From: Eledone cirrhosa
Taxonomy: Eukaryota
Assembly (NCBI GenBank): GCA_964016885.1
Contig: OZ024742.1
Location: 92,752,001 to 92,816,000, forward strand
Direction of reading: 5' to 3'
DNA: 64,000 nucleotides
Shown here: one piece after another, positions 28,758 to 43,320 of the stretch
How positions within the stretch are numbered: the stretch's first letter is position 1
Layout of the letters: the number at the start of each line of letters is the position of its first letter
Notes under the pieces: model-generated
What the model was told of the DNA's origin: nothing
Database searches by the model: none
What the model saw: the letters and a program-made list of their open reading frames with translations, nothing else
Position numbers and translations under genes: made by a program

Positions 28758-28879
28758 ACAGTTTAAATAACATTACAATTTTTTAAATTATAGTTTACGA
28801 CACTTATAAAAGGTTTTATTAATAAAAATCTATTTCAAATAACAACAACAGTACATATATTTAAAAACGGAAAATGAAG

Positions 28880-29482
28880 GGCAGGACAAGGGTCTGGGGT
28901 CAGAGAAGAATGGGAGGGGAAGATGGAGAGTGATGAGCTTTAGGCCCAGGGCGTGGTGGTGATGGGGCTGCGGGGCGCAAAATCATTTCCGCAGACAATG
29001 GCCAGCGATCCACGATGCAACAACCACCCCAACTCACGAGGCTCCTTCCTCGGACGGGCTGCTGACGTTCTGATCTTGCAGAGACGCTCGGCAGTATGGG
29101 GTCGAAGTATGCCTGAGAAATCGACGGCGACCGGTGTGAAGATGAAGCAGCCGGACAATCTCTAGTCTTTGTCTTCCTTTCCTCTGCATTGTAGGCCGCA
29201 GTACCGGGGTTTGCGGCCTAACTGATTAAGTTGGAGGCTGAGAACGTTTCACAATATGTGACGTCCCAGATGAGCGAGCAACCTCCTTCGAATGGGAAGA
29301 GGTTAATTCCGTGTTCACAATTCTTTCAGAATGAAAGACATGATAAATACAAAATAACTGCACCAAAATATGAAGCGATGTATTATTTGCTCTGAAAGAA
29401 ATGACGAACACGAAGTTACGGCGCTGAATCAACCAGGCACCCTCACGGACCCCACCTGACACCTCAGTAAAGCGAGCCACCG
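28880..29482 (-). mobile_element. CRE-like non-LTR fragments (restriction-like endonuclease C-terminus)
   Basis: LIWDVT..ET.S.S, AAYNAEERK, FTPVAV, EPRELGWL.HR.SLAI.CGN; second piece EVSG..EGAWLIQR. Confidence 0.7.
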
Positions 29483-30919
29483 CATACATATATGTGTGTG
29501 TGTATTGAACAATGAAAATAAACAACAATCGGACTTGGTTGGTTAATTAGTTCGTTGTCTTACGGTCGTTTCAGAGGGTTGATTAATCACAATAGAGTGA
29601 TATATATCGATTAGCAGGTTGTGGTTATGTTGCTACCTGTTTCTCGTCTCGAAATGCCTGCTCAATCTCAACCGTCTTCCTTATATATATCATAGTATAT
29701 GTAATGGGGATTGGAAAAATATATCTATGGTGGGGTGTTATGACGTGAGAGGTGTATGGAAGAGGCGAGAGAGAGGAAGGTAGTGCATACTAGATGTATG
29801 CTTCACCCTGCACACATGGGAAGACGGTTCTTCTGTAATACAGCATAACGCCAGAAATCTCGATCCTATGTCATCACTATTGAGAGGTGCAATTGTGCTA
29901 GGTCAGCTTTTATCACCTCATCCCAAGTCTTCTTAGTTCTTTCTACTACATAGCTTCCATCAACTTCGAGTTCCCTGCACCTTTTTATGAAGCTATCATT
30001 TTTCATATGTATCCCATGTCCCTACCACTGCAATCTTCTCTCCTACGCTCATAACTGGAACACCTGGTCGGTTAAATCATGGCTGACCAGGAACTAAAGA
30101 ACTCAGTGAGATACTGGTCAATGATAGATTCTCTATGTGGTTACTCGGCTTGCTTGAAATAGCAGCCACATCTCTCTTTAATTAAACCCTGCTCTGTTGA
30201 AAAGAGAGAGGCCTACTGGATAATGACTGTTGCACCTTTTATTTTACCATTTCATCAGAGTGGGTAGGGCAGTGTCTATGATCCACTTTTATTTACACTT
30301 ATTCTAAAGTGAGTGGTATTAGACAAGGCATTCAGCCATAGAAAACTTTCCAAAGTGTTGAGAGGACTTTTCTTATGGTGTCAAAGGCTTGACAACCTCC
30401 CCAGTACATGAACATTTTAACTGCCATTTTCTCTGCAATCAATGGTTGGATTGGTTGTCACAGACGAAGTCAGTACTTAGTCAGAGTGACTAGTCTCTCA
30501 GATGGGCCGAGAGCTGCACCTTGCTTACATGTGTTGCTACAGTTTACACAGTGTGCCATGCAGTTTATCATGGCACCAATACTAGGGAAGTCATCATGCC
30601 TTTGACATAACTAAAGAATCCTCACTACTCTTTGTTTGTCAAATTTACTACAACTTAATGCCCTTTCTATCACCTTACAGAGTGCATTGGGTGCATTTTT
30701 CATGGTAACAACACTAGAGAGGCTGCTGAGTCAGGACTGAAAGGACCTCTCCAAACTCTTTAGGCATGGTTTCTATTGCTGGAAGCTCTGCACATCAACT
30801 ATCGCATAGAGTGTACTAAATGCACTCCATCATGGCCCCAACACTAGGAAGACTGTTGGTCTTTGACTGAAGAGCATACTAGCCCCATCACACTCCAGCC
30901 CTCCCATATCCTCTACAGT

Positions 30920-31330
30920 CAAAGCTTGTGCCTCACTGTCATGTAACAGATGCCGCTAGCATCTAGGCATTACACAGCCACCTCCTCACTCTGAGAGTGA
31001 AGCCCCTCATTATTAGCAGAGGTACAAGCTCCCTAAACTTTCTCCATCCCGTTCTCTCTCCGGCTACGACTTTCAAGGTATACCCCTCCCACAGCTGACT
31101 AGGTTACCCAGGCAACAAATTCCATCAACAACCTCTAGGGAGCCTCCCAGGCAATTGAGAAAATCTATTTCACATATGCAGCTAGTGATTACTTCTGTGC
31201 TTCCATTGCACACAAATCATCATCTCTGTTAATCTGCCTGTAATCCCACTACATCTGTGAATCCATATTGAACAAAGCATCTTCCCTGATAGTATCAAAC
31301 TTGTGTCTTCCATTCCACCTAACAAGACCT
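30920..31330 (-). mobile_element. Degenerate RTE LINE fragment
   Basis: Nucleotide similarity to 14520-14900 (W.KF.EL.PLL region). Confidence 0.6.
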
Positions 31331-31697
31331 TAGATATTTATATGCACACAATACTAAAGGATTTTTCTTCATTTTCAGCATGATATAAGGCACTTTTGAT
31401 CACAGCCTTTCAAAATATGGCCAACTGAACTGCCTACACCATAAACGCTTCCTACACCATGAACAGTTTTCCAGGAGATGGTGAAATGAACAAGCCTGCT
31501 TAATGAATTTTATTTCATCTCTGCTCCTTCTCACTCTCCTCTCGCTTTCTATTTCTTCTTAAATTTCTCATTCTATTTTCCAACGAAGGACTAGCGTCCA
31601 AAACGTTAAGAATTTTCCTTCTATATTAAGTGAGAAACTGATATATATCTTCATTATACTTTATTGCCTGTTGTGTTTTTCCGTTTACTCCCCCACC

Positions 31698-31742
<45 letters not shown>

Positions 31743-31746
<4 letters not shown>

Positions 31747-31941
31747 AACGAGTGGGACCCCGACGGCTGAGCTCAAGCCGTTTCGACGGCTAATTCCGTC
31801 CAGAAATAGCCGTCGAAACGGCTTGAGCTCAGCCGTCGGGATCCCACTCGTTCCTATTACCCACTCTACTACCCTAGAGTACTATTGAGTACTTTGGTGC
31901 GTTATGGTCCATCTGGTTCCTTACCACATTTCCTTCGTTAT
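31743..31941. mobile_element. 199-bp fold-back insertion of the 15871-20250 PLE family in (TA)n
   Basis: Inverted arms 31743-31796/31803-31856 from the pLTR end, followed by the same ~85-nt tail ending ccttcgttat. Confidence 0.85.
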
Positions 31942-32744
31942 ATATATAATATATATATATATATATAAATCGCCACATCGTTATCTTACAGATAGCAACA
32001 TAGAAGAGAGAGAAACAACTTCCTTCATATTTTACATCTATTCGTTGGCAACTGAATCATCTTTGAGATAAAAGTAATGAAGACTGACACTTATAAGAAC
32101 ACACACACGCTCGCACGCACAAACACACACATTAAACGCGGTACGTCTGCTGGATCTCACATATTGATACAGAATACAAATGTGGATTTAACGAACACTA
32201 AGAATGTAGGTTGTCTGGTTTCGATATAATTTTTGTTATATGTATGTTTTTATCTTTTCCATATTCCTATTCCTCTCCACGCGTTCGTATAATAAACTAG
32301 TTTCTTAGTTTAGTTGTTATTGTTTTTATAGAGTGTGATATAAGAGCAATGACGTCACAGACATCCCGTAACTGCATCAACGACACATACATATATACAT
32401 GCACACAAGTATGTGTTTACAAACACACGCACACACACATAATATATTCTCATTAAAATGGATGCGGAATGGTTGTAGAGTTGTTGTTCAGCCTCCGCGT
32501 CAACATTCATACAGCAGACCTATGATGAAAGACGTTCCAGTCGTGACCATCCTGTCTTTTATTTATACATAGTGCATCCAGGAGTACATTGTGCTATGCA
32601 TCCTCCTTCTTTTAAAGAGCAATGTTATTTCTAGCAGATTGATTGACTACGTAGAGGTACCTCAGTTGACTTGTACATCTAGTGTGTATCTATCTGGTCG
32701 TCGACTTGCTGGAAATAGCAACCAAATCTCTTTTTTTTATTTTT

Positions 32745-33347
32745 ATTAGAAATTAATTTCATTCATATAAATTAAATAACCTTACAAATTGTTTATGATT
32801 TTTACAGAATGAAAATATAACAATTAATTATTGCTCGGAACCTTATAAATATATGATTAAAAATATATAATCAAAAACAACCATTAATTCACCACCAAAT
32901 GCAACAATCGGCCGCAGACCACAAGGGGTCAACGGAAATTTTTGAGGCAAGCCAACACGCTCGCAGCATTACTGCGGGTGATGGAGAAACTAAGACGTTG
33001 AAACAACCAGGCACCATCACAGACATCACCTGACACCTCGATAAGGCAAGCCGCTAACGATGATAAAAACGTCTCGAATAACACAGGCTGGAAAAAATAG
33101 TTATTTGATAGTTCCCGGTATTTTAGGATTTTATTCCGTTCGACATCATAAGCAATGACCCTCAAATTTACCGCGGCGTCCCAGATGAGACATCTGCCGC
33201 TTACCCAGGGACATAGGGTAAGATCACCTGGTCTCTTCCCATTAATTCTTGATAATCCAGCCGGCTCCAGAATTGAGAGGATATTTCCCCTGAGTTTCGG
33301 CTCGCTTAATGATAAGATTTAGCTCGGTGTGGCGGGCGAAGCGGCAA
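32745..33347 (-). mobile_element. CRE-like non-LTR 3' fragment (RLE domain)
   Basis: RFARHTELNLIIKRA, SILEPAGLSR..GKRPG.LTL.PW..GR.LIWD, KYREL..YFFQPV.FET, WLFQRLSFSITRSNAASVL. Confidence 0.8.
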
Positions 33348-34594
33348 GACAAACCAAGGAGTTCTTAGGCTAACTATAAAGGAATGATGCTAAGAGCTGT
33401 GAAATCTTGCATGCATTAATTTCAACTCTTCTTACTAATAACTGCATTGTTTCTTTCCAAGGACTATGTTGAAAAGTAAATCTCATTTGGTCATTCAATG
33501 AGAGTATCTTGGTAAGCCTATGAACTTTTCAGCTGACCATCGTATATATACTCAGTGACTAATGCTGCGATGTTTTTAACTACATACGATGTATATATTT
33601 TTATGTATTCAGTAAAATTGAAACCGATTAGAAAATTCTTTAATCTATTCTATCATTTTTGAAGTATGTGGCCAATAAAGAAAGAATTATATTTGAAGTA
33701 AGCAAGATCTAGTGTTAAATTTTCTCTGACTTGATTTCTTTCCAATAATTCTGATAGTGAGACTGATTAGAGAGAAATAGTCGACAAACGTTTATCTACT
33801 ATTGATGTAGTATCAGCTAGAAGTTTTAGAATTCTTCGTGAAAGTTACGAAATCTTGACACATTGCCCATTTTATGGTGAATCCTCCATCGATTTCGACG
33901 ATAAGCGTTTAGTTTTTATTCACAGTGTTTGATCAACTGAATGACCAACTCGTGAATCATATAACAAATATACCCTCCAAAAACTTGACCTTGTGCGGCC
34001 TCATAGAGAAATTTCCTTTGTAATCGTTTTTAGGCGTCATGGTGTCTACAATTTTAACATTAAAAATGGCATCTGTCTCTATTTTCCGATAAAGGACAAG
34101 AGTCCAAAACGTGAAGCTATCGGAGTCAACAAGATAGTTGCAGAGAGGATTTCAAGCAGTTAAGATGTAGTCCACTGTCTCACACAGACCCTGTGTCTCT
34201 CTCACTGCCAGACAAACGACTATCATCCCATTACAAAAACGGTAAATAACATATTTTAAATAATTGCACACATGCATATATCACAATTTAAGCCTTGTTT
34301 TTACATTGTCTATGATACCTTAATAGATATATTTTAGTAGCGACCATGTTTTACTTGTTTATTCCTCAGCATTTTCTCCACAACGCTTATATATGAGACA
34401 ATATTTACTTGATGCATAATCACCCAGCAAGCCAACAACAATCACTACTACAAACTCAAATAAACAACCACAATCAACTTCGCACCATCCACTTTTACTA
34501 CATTTCATAACTCTACATTGGTGACCCTGACTTTTTGAACTGCCTTCTGATGCATTTGCTAATGCTGCATACAACCACGGCTGTCTTAACAGCA

Positions 34595-36956
34595 TGTAGC
34601 AAGAGTTGCCTCCCTTGTTGTGACGATCACATCACCAATAGATTGACGCTCTCTAGACAGGAAGTAGCTGGAGTTACTTCCCGTTGGGGTGGCAGAACCC
34701 TTTTTGTCGTTTCGTCTTGAGACTCTATAAAAGGGATACTCAGAGCGATCTCTCTCTCATTTGCCCTTTCGGCTGCTGCCCTTCGGCCAGGCGCGTTCGC
34801 CGAGTCTCTACTCTCTGGCAACCCTAACATGGTCTCTTGCGAGCTAACTTCAAAACGGTAACAAATAACTTTACTTCATATTTCATCTACTCTTGACATG
34901 TCAACAATTCTATACTACATAACTTCAACTTGTTAATTAAACTTTATATACACAACTGAGACTTTTGTTATATTCATACACACCAGTAAATTGTTATAAG
35001 TGGTTACCCCGAGAAAAAAAATGATAGGATCTGGTGTTGTGTGAATATATATAAAAAATTAATTAGCAGTACCCCATTTTCGTTGGAATGTGTCGACCAA
35101 CATTTCGAATACGCAGCAAACTTTATTAACGAACTAGGAAAAATACTCAGACACAGAAACGAACACACGCATATGTGAAATTCTCGTTCAGACAGACTCT
35201 TCTCTCACCTAACGTGATATTTTTTTTTTTCGGACTAAGAAATCCCTCCAACCTCCTTAGACAAGGATTTCTCTCCGTATACATTGTCTTATAACGAACA
35301 CATCAAAAAAGAAATGTTTTCTCAGCAAGCAAAATAAACAGAAAATTTTGCCTTTCACGCACGTATCGCACATCAACTATGTGTTGCATTCCACTGGATG
35401 TATATGTTTTTCGTTTCTTCTTACAACGAACACTTTAAAAAAAATAAAAAAAAAGAAATTTGATTTTTTTTACACATTTCAACATGAACATTTACTTTCG
35501 CTGAATCTCAACTATTGCTTATTCTTTCCGCCAAGCTTTTTTCATCGTTCACAAAAAAGTTGAACTCGCCATATTTGTTATACCAAGTGAAGCCTTTCTT
35601 TCTGTTTCATCATATTATCACGTTCACACACGAGTTTTTCAAAATGGCTGCCAACAACCTTGTTTCGGCACGTGTGGGCAGCACACATCTCGACTCACTG
35701 AGATACCACACGCCATAGAAATATTTTTTTTTCGACTTGACTTTAACCTTGTTTCGGCACGTGTGGTCAGCACACATCTCGACTCACTGAGATACCACAC
35801 GCCATAGATAATGTTTCTTGCCAAGGATTCTCCAGCCTTAAGCTATATTCTCCTATTTGCCGGTTTAAACATTTACCACGTAAATTTGCCGTTGAAAACT
35901 GCGCATTTATTCAGAATGCTTATTTCTTTGGTCGCTGGCCCCTTGACCCTTCCAGGTCAACGCATTCTCAACATTGACCATCAACTTTGGCTGTTATTTC
36001 TAGCACTTTGCGCAACTCATTTTTTCTGGGAAAATTTTTACTGTGAATTTAAACATCGAATACGCTCACTCCGCAAGACAACAACATCAACAACAACAAC
36101 ACAGCTTCATCAACAACCAAAACCAGCAGAACAAGCCAGTGAATTTATTTTTGCAGCACTCTTCCTGTGAGAAAATCCCTTCGCAGGTTGGAAATTTCAC
36201 GTTAAACCACAGACCAGAGACCACCTGCATACATTCTCTGGAGGACACACTTTCTTTTCTGCTGTCATGTGATTGCACACCTGTGAACTGTATTTGAACT
36301 TTGACCTCTTCTTTTACTTTGATTACATTGTAGCTTTGAGTGATGGATAGATAGATGTCCAGTCGTTCTCTGGCCAAGAGCGGTTGGCTACCTTGATATC
36401 TATCATTGATTTTTGCATGCATATATTTTGCTGTTTTCCTTTTATTGCAAACATTATTTTTTTCGTAATTTTCATGCCTGGACTTTGGTGTTACAACATG
36501 CTCGCCATCTTACTTCATACATGATTCATTCGATTTTTATGTTTTAAAAATCTGGCGGGGGATAATGTAGCAAGAGTTGCTTCCCTTGTTGTGACGATCT
36601 CATCACCAATAGATTAACGCTATCTAGACAGGAAGTAGCTGGAGTTACTTCCCGTTGGGGTGGCAGAACCCTTTTTGTCACTTCCGTCTTGAGACCCTAT
36701 AAAAGGGATACTCAGAGCGATCTCTCTCTCATTTGCCCTTTCGGCCAAGCGCGTTCGCCGAGTCTCTACTCTCTGGCAACCCTAACATGGTCTCTTGCGA
36801 ACTAACTTCAAAACGGTAACAAATAACTTTACTTCATATTTCATCTACTCTTGACATGTCAACAATTCTATACTACATAACTTCAACTTGTTAATTAAAC
36901 TTTATATACACAACCTAGTATCTTGTTATATTCATACACACCAGTACACTGTTATA
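34595..36956 (+). mobile_element. Non-autonomous Ty3/Gypsy (CsRn1-like) LTR element: LTRs 34595-34998 and 36566-36956
   Basis: Direct repeats TGTAGCA...TGTTATA with TATAAAA; 4-bp TSD AGCA (34591-94, 36957-60); PBS TGGTTACCCCG (35001-35011), near the tRNA-Trp-type TGGTGACCCCG; PPT ggcgggggataa; decayed gag-like G.R.PS.LLR and integrase-like remnants. Confidence 0.85.
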
Positions 36957-37129
36957 AGCATTATAGGCCCACGGGCAAAGCAGAGCACTGGGGCCCCTAC
37001 CTACACAACCACTCACAGGAATAAAAAGGTTTATCAATTTTATTTGTTTGTAATTTTCTTAATTTTCTATGTGCAGGCTTCAAATTTTTTCAGTAGATGT
37101 TTAAATATCAATAATTTACAATTATATAA

Positions 37130-38013
37130 TTTTACCTGATTTTTTTGTTGTTGTCAAATTTGACTTTTATGGGCAGATGAAATTAATTAATAGGGGCATT
37201 TGAAATATCAACCATGTGCAAATACTGGTTTAATTTTAAATACGTTGTTTTCGGCATAATACTTGATATATAAGAATCACTAAACCTTATATCAGTGTTC
37301 CAGTAATTCCACAGTCTTGGAAATAGTTTTATACCGAACATAATATTTACGGTAAAAAATGCTTGCATTTCCGCAGCATCTGTCGGTCGCCAAACAGATC
37401 GGGTTTTGCTTGATTTGAAATCTGTTGTTGGGCATATCGATTAATCTCTTCTGCCACAACTTCGAAAAAAGTTTGTGGTAAAAACAAAAAGAAATAATCC
37501 AGTGCTTTAGCATCGGGAGCTAATGTGTGTTGTGGACCAGTAATTTGAATAAAATCGGGAACATATATTAGTGTGGTATTTTTCAAACACGTTGCTGTAA
37601 TATTTTCAATGGCGCCCTGGAGACCTCCTTCGTTTTCACTTTCAAAACAACAATCATCGTCAGACGAAATTTCAGAAATATAAACATCAGATTCATTTGA
37701 AGATAAATCACTAATATTATCGTTTGTTTCTTGTTTATTCTGAAAGTCGGTATCGCTACTTTCATAAGCCATGTTGATACAAAAAAAAAATTTGTTGCAC
37801 TTTCAAAGTTAAAAAAACACTTGTTGTTTTAACTTGTTTCACTATATTAAGTGTTAATTTTCGCGGTAAGGGCCTAATCTCGCAGCAGTCTCGAATTGAC
37901 GAGAATTTGATGATGGTTTGTTTATTTTTAGAACGATTTTTTAGTGTGGGTGTTTTCGGGCGATTTGAACAAATGAAGGGGAAATAATTTCGGGCGGTTT
38001 GAACACTAAAGGG
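37130..38013 (-). mobile_element. piggyBac 5' fragment with frameshifted transposase N-terminus
   Basis: TTAA|CCCTTT end (TTAA at 38014-17), subterminal repeats, acidic N-terminus then GP..LDYFFLF..EINRYAQQ and EMQAFF..GI..P...YW...IM. Confidence 0.85.
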
Positions 38014-38274
38014 TTAAACCAAATATTCGCTGAGTGTCGCCATTCAAATCTTACCAAACAAAAAACTTCCAATATAGTTTCTGATTATGTACGAGAGCAA
38101 GGCAACGACGATTATTTTAAACACCAAACTCAATTCACATCACCAACAGAATAGAATAATTTCTCGCTTCAACTAATTTCCTCTCGCTATATTTGATGAC
38201 ACCCCGACGCTAGAAAGAGCAGCTTTCAGAACAGTTTTATGTACACGGAGTTTTCTGACAGTCTCAAAAAATAT

Positions 38275-41200
38275 TAATAATAATAATAATAATAATAATG
38301 AAATTATTGTGTACAGTGCTCAGGTACACTACAACTCATCAAAGGTGTATGTATAGTACAGAGAATAATTTACAAATGTCAGGAAAATGAACAGTGTGCG
38401 AGTCATGAAATACATGTGTGCTTGTGTATGGAGGGAGAGTGGGGGGAGGCATCAGGTGTAGTGTTGGCGAATCTCAGGAAGCATGGAGGTTTTAAAGGAT
38501 GCAACTGATGCAGGTAGTTTGTTCCATGCTTCAGCAACTCTGAGCGTGAAAAAATATTTCCGAAAGTGATGGGAGCTGTGCTGTTTTCTGACTTTGTAGG
38601 CATGCCCAAGTGTATTAGACACATGGAAGTCAAATAAGGAGCTCGGGGTTGTTGTTGGCAAGATGGTTAATAATTTTGTGGGTGTTTACTAAGTCAGTTG
38701 CCAGACGTCGGAGCTTCAATGTATCCATGCCCAGGGAAGCAAGGCTTTCAGAGTATGGTAGATGCCTGATGGAGGGTATTCGCTTGGTTACACGTCTCTG
38801 AACAGTTTCCAGGCGGTCAATGTTCTGAGCAAGATGGGGGTTCCAAACTGGTGATGCAAATTGTAAGTGTGGCCGCACCATAGCTATATACAGCTTTAAA
38901 TAGATAGCTGGAGAGCGGCTGACAAAGGTCTTGCTGAGTGATGCTAAGACACCCTCGGCCTTCTTGACAATTTTTCAGACGTGCTTCGTCCAATGCAAAT
39001 CGCTGCTGACAGTATTGCCCAGGTCACGTTCAGAAGAAGACTTCTTGATATTAGTGTTGTGGAGGGAGCATGTAGACGCTGGGTTTTTACTCCCAAAATA
39101 CATGGTGGTCCATTGTCCACAGCCAACTTGAGTTGCCAATCCGTGATCCATTGTTGCATTGTGTCCAGGTCTGATTGCAGGAAAGATCTATAGTGTTCAG
39201 GATCTGTCCTTTTTATCTCAAAGTACAGCTTGATGTCATATGCATATTTTAGTACTGTGGCATTCTTTAAGTTGGCATCTATGTCATTAATATATGCCAC
39301 AAACAAAAGGGGGATCTGATGCATCAGATGACATATGATACGGTGAGTAATGCTGTCCTAGAACCGTGACTACTTCTCTTCGACTGAGAATGAAGGATTT
39401 ACCAGTTAAAAAGATCATCCTTCACACCCATTGCAGAGAGTTTTGCCATAAGTCTTTTGTGTGGCACGGAATTAAAAGCTTTAGCAAAGTCAAGGTAAAC
39501 AACACCCACCCATGAGCCGCCATCAGTGATCCGGGTGATGTCTTCAAGAAACTCGATAAGTTGATCACAGCAACTGGAGTTAGCGATAAATCCAAATTGT
39601 GAGGGCCGGATAAGACTGTGAGAGTTCCAGAAGTTCCAAAGTGTTTCTCTGACACAGGATTCCATCAGTTTGGCAATGCAGCTAGTAAGACTGACTGGAC
39701 GATAGTTCACAGGTGATGTGCGGTCACCCTTTTTGAACAGAGGAATGACACTGGCAGCTTTCCACTGTTCTGGAGTAGCACCGTTGTTCAGACAGAATTG
39801 AAAAAAAACGTGATAGCTGGTGCAGAAGGAAGTACCCACCACGTTTGAGAAGCAGGTACGTAACACCATCAAGACCAGGGGAGGCACGGTTGCGTTTATT
39901 TTTAAGGTGACATCGCAGCAGTGCATGTGTAAATTCCATAGTTGTAATAGAATCCGATGTCAGAGGTGGTGGAGATGGTACACTCTGGTCTTCAACAGTG
40001 AAAATGCCTGCATAACATTCAGCAATGAGTTCTGCGCATTCCTTAGGGTCATCAGTAACCTGGCTTGTGTGAAAATTGCGAAGAGGACCAACTGGAGAGT
40101 GAGGCCTCTGCTTTGAGTGAACATACTTCCAGCAGACATTACTGTCAGAGTTGGTTGCTATGCGCTGCTCAAATTCAAGCACTGCCTTTTTTGTCATCTG
40201 CTTGAGATGGTTGGATGATTTATTTTGCTTTTTCCTATTGATATCTGATTTATGCAGTTTGTACTCATTACAAAGTTCTTTCCTGGCAAGACGGACTGCT
40301 ACACTTTGGGGATGTTTTTTCTGCTTACGTGGCACCGATGCTGCACATGCTGTCCATATTGAGTTCAGGATGTTCTGGATGACTGTGTTGACATCTCCAG
40401 AGTCGTAAAAGAATGATCATATCATGATCAGAGTCACCTAAAGGTTCCTCAGTAGTAACACTAATAACCGTTTCAGGAGTAGTGGTGAAGAGTAGATCCA
40501 AAGTGTTGTCACCTCTTGTCGGGGAGGTGACTACTTGGGACCAGCACTAGCTCAAGGAAATCATTTAAACTTTGCGGCCAACGAAAGGTTTCCCAGTCAA
40601 TTTCACGGTGATTTAAGTCCCCTGCAATAAAAACATAAGTAGCTGTTTTCCTAGCAGCAGCTCTGAGGATATCACAAAGTTGAGTGTCCTGATGGTAATT
40701 TGCGGGACGGTAAACGACTGCAAGTAGCAGTGATGACAAGGTCATACGTATATCGCAGAAAAATACTTCTTGCTGCGTTTGGTTCAAATCAACACAAGGA
40801 ATTGCTGAAAAGTTTGACCGAATGTAGACCATTACACCACCACCACAACGATTAATGCGGTCTTTACGAAACAAGTTGTATCCAGAGTAAGGAATGTGCC
40901 CATGTTTCCGTGACTGTAATAAAGTCAGGGTCGATACTTTTGACGTAGGAGTCAAAAAGATGTATCTTATTGCATAGACTACGTGCATTTAAGGACAACA
41001 ATTTGTACCTTGATTTCAGTCTATGATTATGTGCAAGGAATGGCAAGTTATTCTGATTTAATTTCTCAGAGTTTTTTCGTTTTTTTTTAATTGCCAGTTG
41101 TTGTGGGTACAGTGTTTTCAGACCAGCTGGTATCTCTTTTCCATGTTTCCCCAGCCTTAACAAACTTCCATATCTGCCCATCATCACGTAGGCTGAAGCT

Positions 41201-41570
41201 TTCAGGTTGTGCTGAGTTGCGGTTTAAAGAAGCTGCAGCACGCAGTTTTGGGCGAACATCAGGTGGAAGACCAGGGCGTGTTCTTAAGGCAATCCGACTT
41301 CCACGCCTAGCTTTATCAGAGGCTAAAAGATATGAACGTGCCTCAGTTGAGCTCGAAAAAGACAGTCTAATTAACTTGGATTTCCTACCTGGTCGGCCAA
41401 GGCGGAGAGCACCCTTCGGGGGAGCACAGCCCAAGTCTTTGGATGAACTGGCAGCAAATGTCTGAAGATCAACTATGTCTTCAGGTACAGGAACATAGCG
41501 AGATATCTCTTCTCAACTAGTTTGAAGTTTCGGAAAAAGCTATCGGCCCTTACCTACCTCAAACACGACA
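38275..41570 (-). mobile_element. CR1-clade LINE, near full span, degenerate
   Basis: ORF1-like RLGR; APE NARSL.NK, FRKDR..GGGV, VYRP, GDLN; RT WK.A.VIPLFKKG..NYRPVSLTS, YLDFAKAF.SVPH, PLLF..YIND, VRPHL.FA..VWNP; (TTA)n tail. Confidence 0.9.
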
Positions 41571-43225
41571 AGCTGCAAATTTCTGCATTCTTCACATGCA
41601 GCTGCACACAAATAGACACAGCTTCTACTTCAAACTAATCTCAGCTTCCCGACTCAATGCGGAACTTTATTTCGGCTTTATATACGTGAGTTACTCACAA
41701 CTCCGTATACTCGCAGCCCAACGAAGATGTCTTTCCCATATGTTTAAGCTCTGAACGTACATAATTTACATGTGTACACGCACATAAACACGTGAATACA
41801 CCAGCAAAATTTTTTGAGATTTCTTCGCTGCACTTTGAGCACGGGAGCTATGTCCTTGATTTATGTGGAATTCCTGAGATGATTCTTCCTTATCCGTTCA
41901 TACTAAATTATTTTCGTCACTACGGAATAAGCTTTTTGGCATAACCACCTTGACATAGCTGCAACAAAAGCGTTACTGTTTTTCCAGCGAAACTAGTCAG
42001 GTAAGAAGCCAACCACCTCGATTCCGCATTTTTCGAGGTATAGTCTTGCAATCAAATTCTGCTCCCTCTTCGATTTTCGAGTGATACTCTCATTTCGATC
42101 TAGACGAGAAACTAATGTAGCAGTAATTTTTTATACTCTCGTCGCTACACATACATGTAATCAATTAATTATTGTTAGGAACCTTATAAATATCATACAC
42201 GAAAATATATAATTAAAGCAAAAGAAAAAAAAATCATCAATTCAATATTAAGTGCGTTAATCGGAAAATTTTGAGGCAAGCCAACACATTCGCAGCATTA
42301 CCACGAGTGGTGTGGCTAAGGCGCTAAAGCAACCAAGCACTTTTACAGGGCATCACATGACATCTCGATAAGGCGAACCGCTAACGAATTAGCGTATAAA
42401 TGGCTAGTATTCCACAAACAAATGTATACTTAACATAATTCTCAATTGTAACACAATATGTGACAAGACTGGACTTTTGGATTAGGGGTGCAACCCATCA
42501 GACGGCTTTCTACAGTTGCCGTCAAGTCATTTTCACTCACAAGGCTTAGACCGACCTGAAGTTATGCTAAAGACACTTGTCTGATGAAATCGAACCCGAG
42601 ACCTCATGATTCTGATGCGAACTTCTTAAACACCCAGCCTTTCTGCGTCCACTCTTTTCATATAGTAAATTCAAATAAATCGAAGCAAAGTCAAATTCAT
42701 TTTGCTTGACATAGTTGTCAAATGCCCATCAAACCACACTTTGCCATTATTAAATAAGCCCACAATAAAACATATTAGATAATGTAGTTATACACACCTT
42801 TAAAAGGATGCGATGGTCACAGTAGAAAATATCGTTTATCTGTTCGATCGGAAATGACATAAGATTAAACTTCAATATCTCGCAATGCGCCATACCGAAC
42901 TAAACTATATATTAAGCGGACTCTCGATTGGATAAATATCCCTCAAGTGGGTAAATATCCCTGTAACTAGCTGGATTGTTCGGAGTTGATGGGAAGAGAC
43001 CAGATGGTCTTATACTTTGTGCTTGGGGAAAAGGTAGATGTCTCATTTGGGATGGATGTCACAGTCAGTAACCTTTTTGCACCTTCTCACATCTTGGAAG
43101 CTGCGGTAAATGTGGGAGTCACTGCATCAAAATAAACGATGTACATGAAATAATGTAATAGCGAAGTTCTCATTTTTTCAAAACAAATATGCCAACAAAC
43201 ACAAATGCTATAACTGTCAAAAATC

Positions 43226-43226
<1 letters not shown>

Positions 43227-43319
<93 letters not shown>
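43227..43319. repeat. (CA)n microsatellite
   Basis: Direct reading. Confidence 0.95.

Positions 43320-43320
<1 letters not shown>

Noticed and set aside
31575-31612. Minimal HHR-like caacgaa-ggac-tagc-gtcc-aaaacgtta
   Set aside because: Too many core mismatches; at best a decayed relic.
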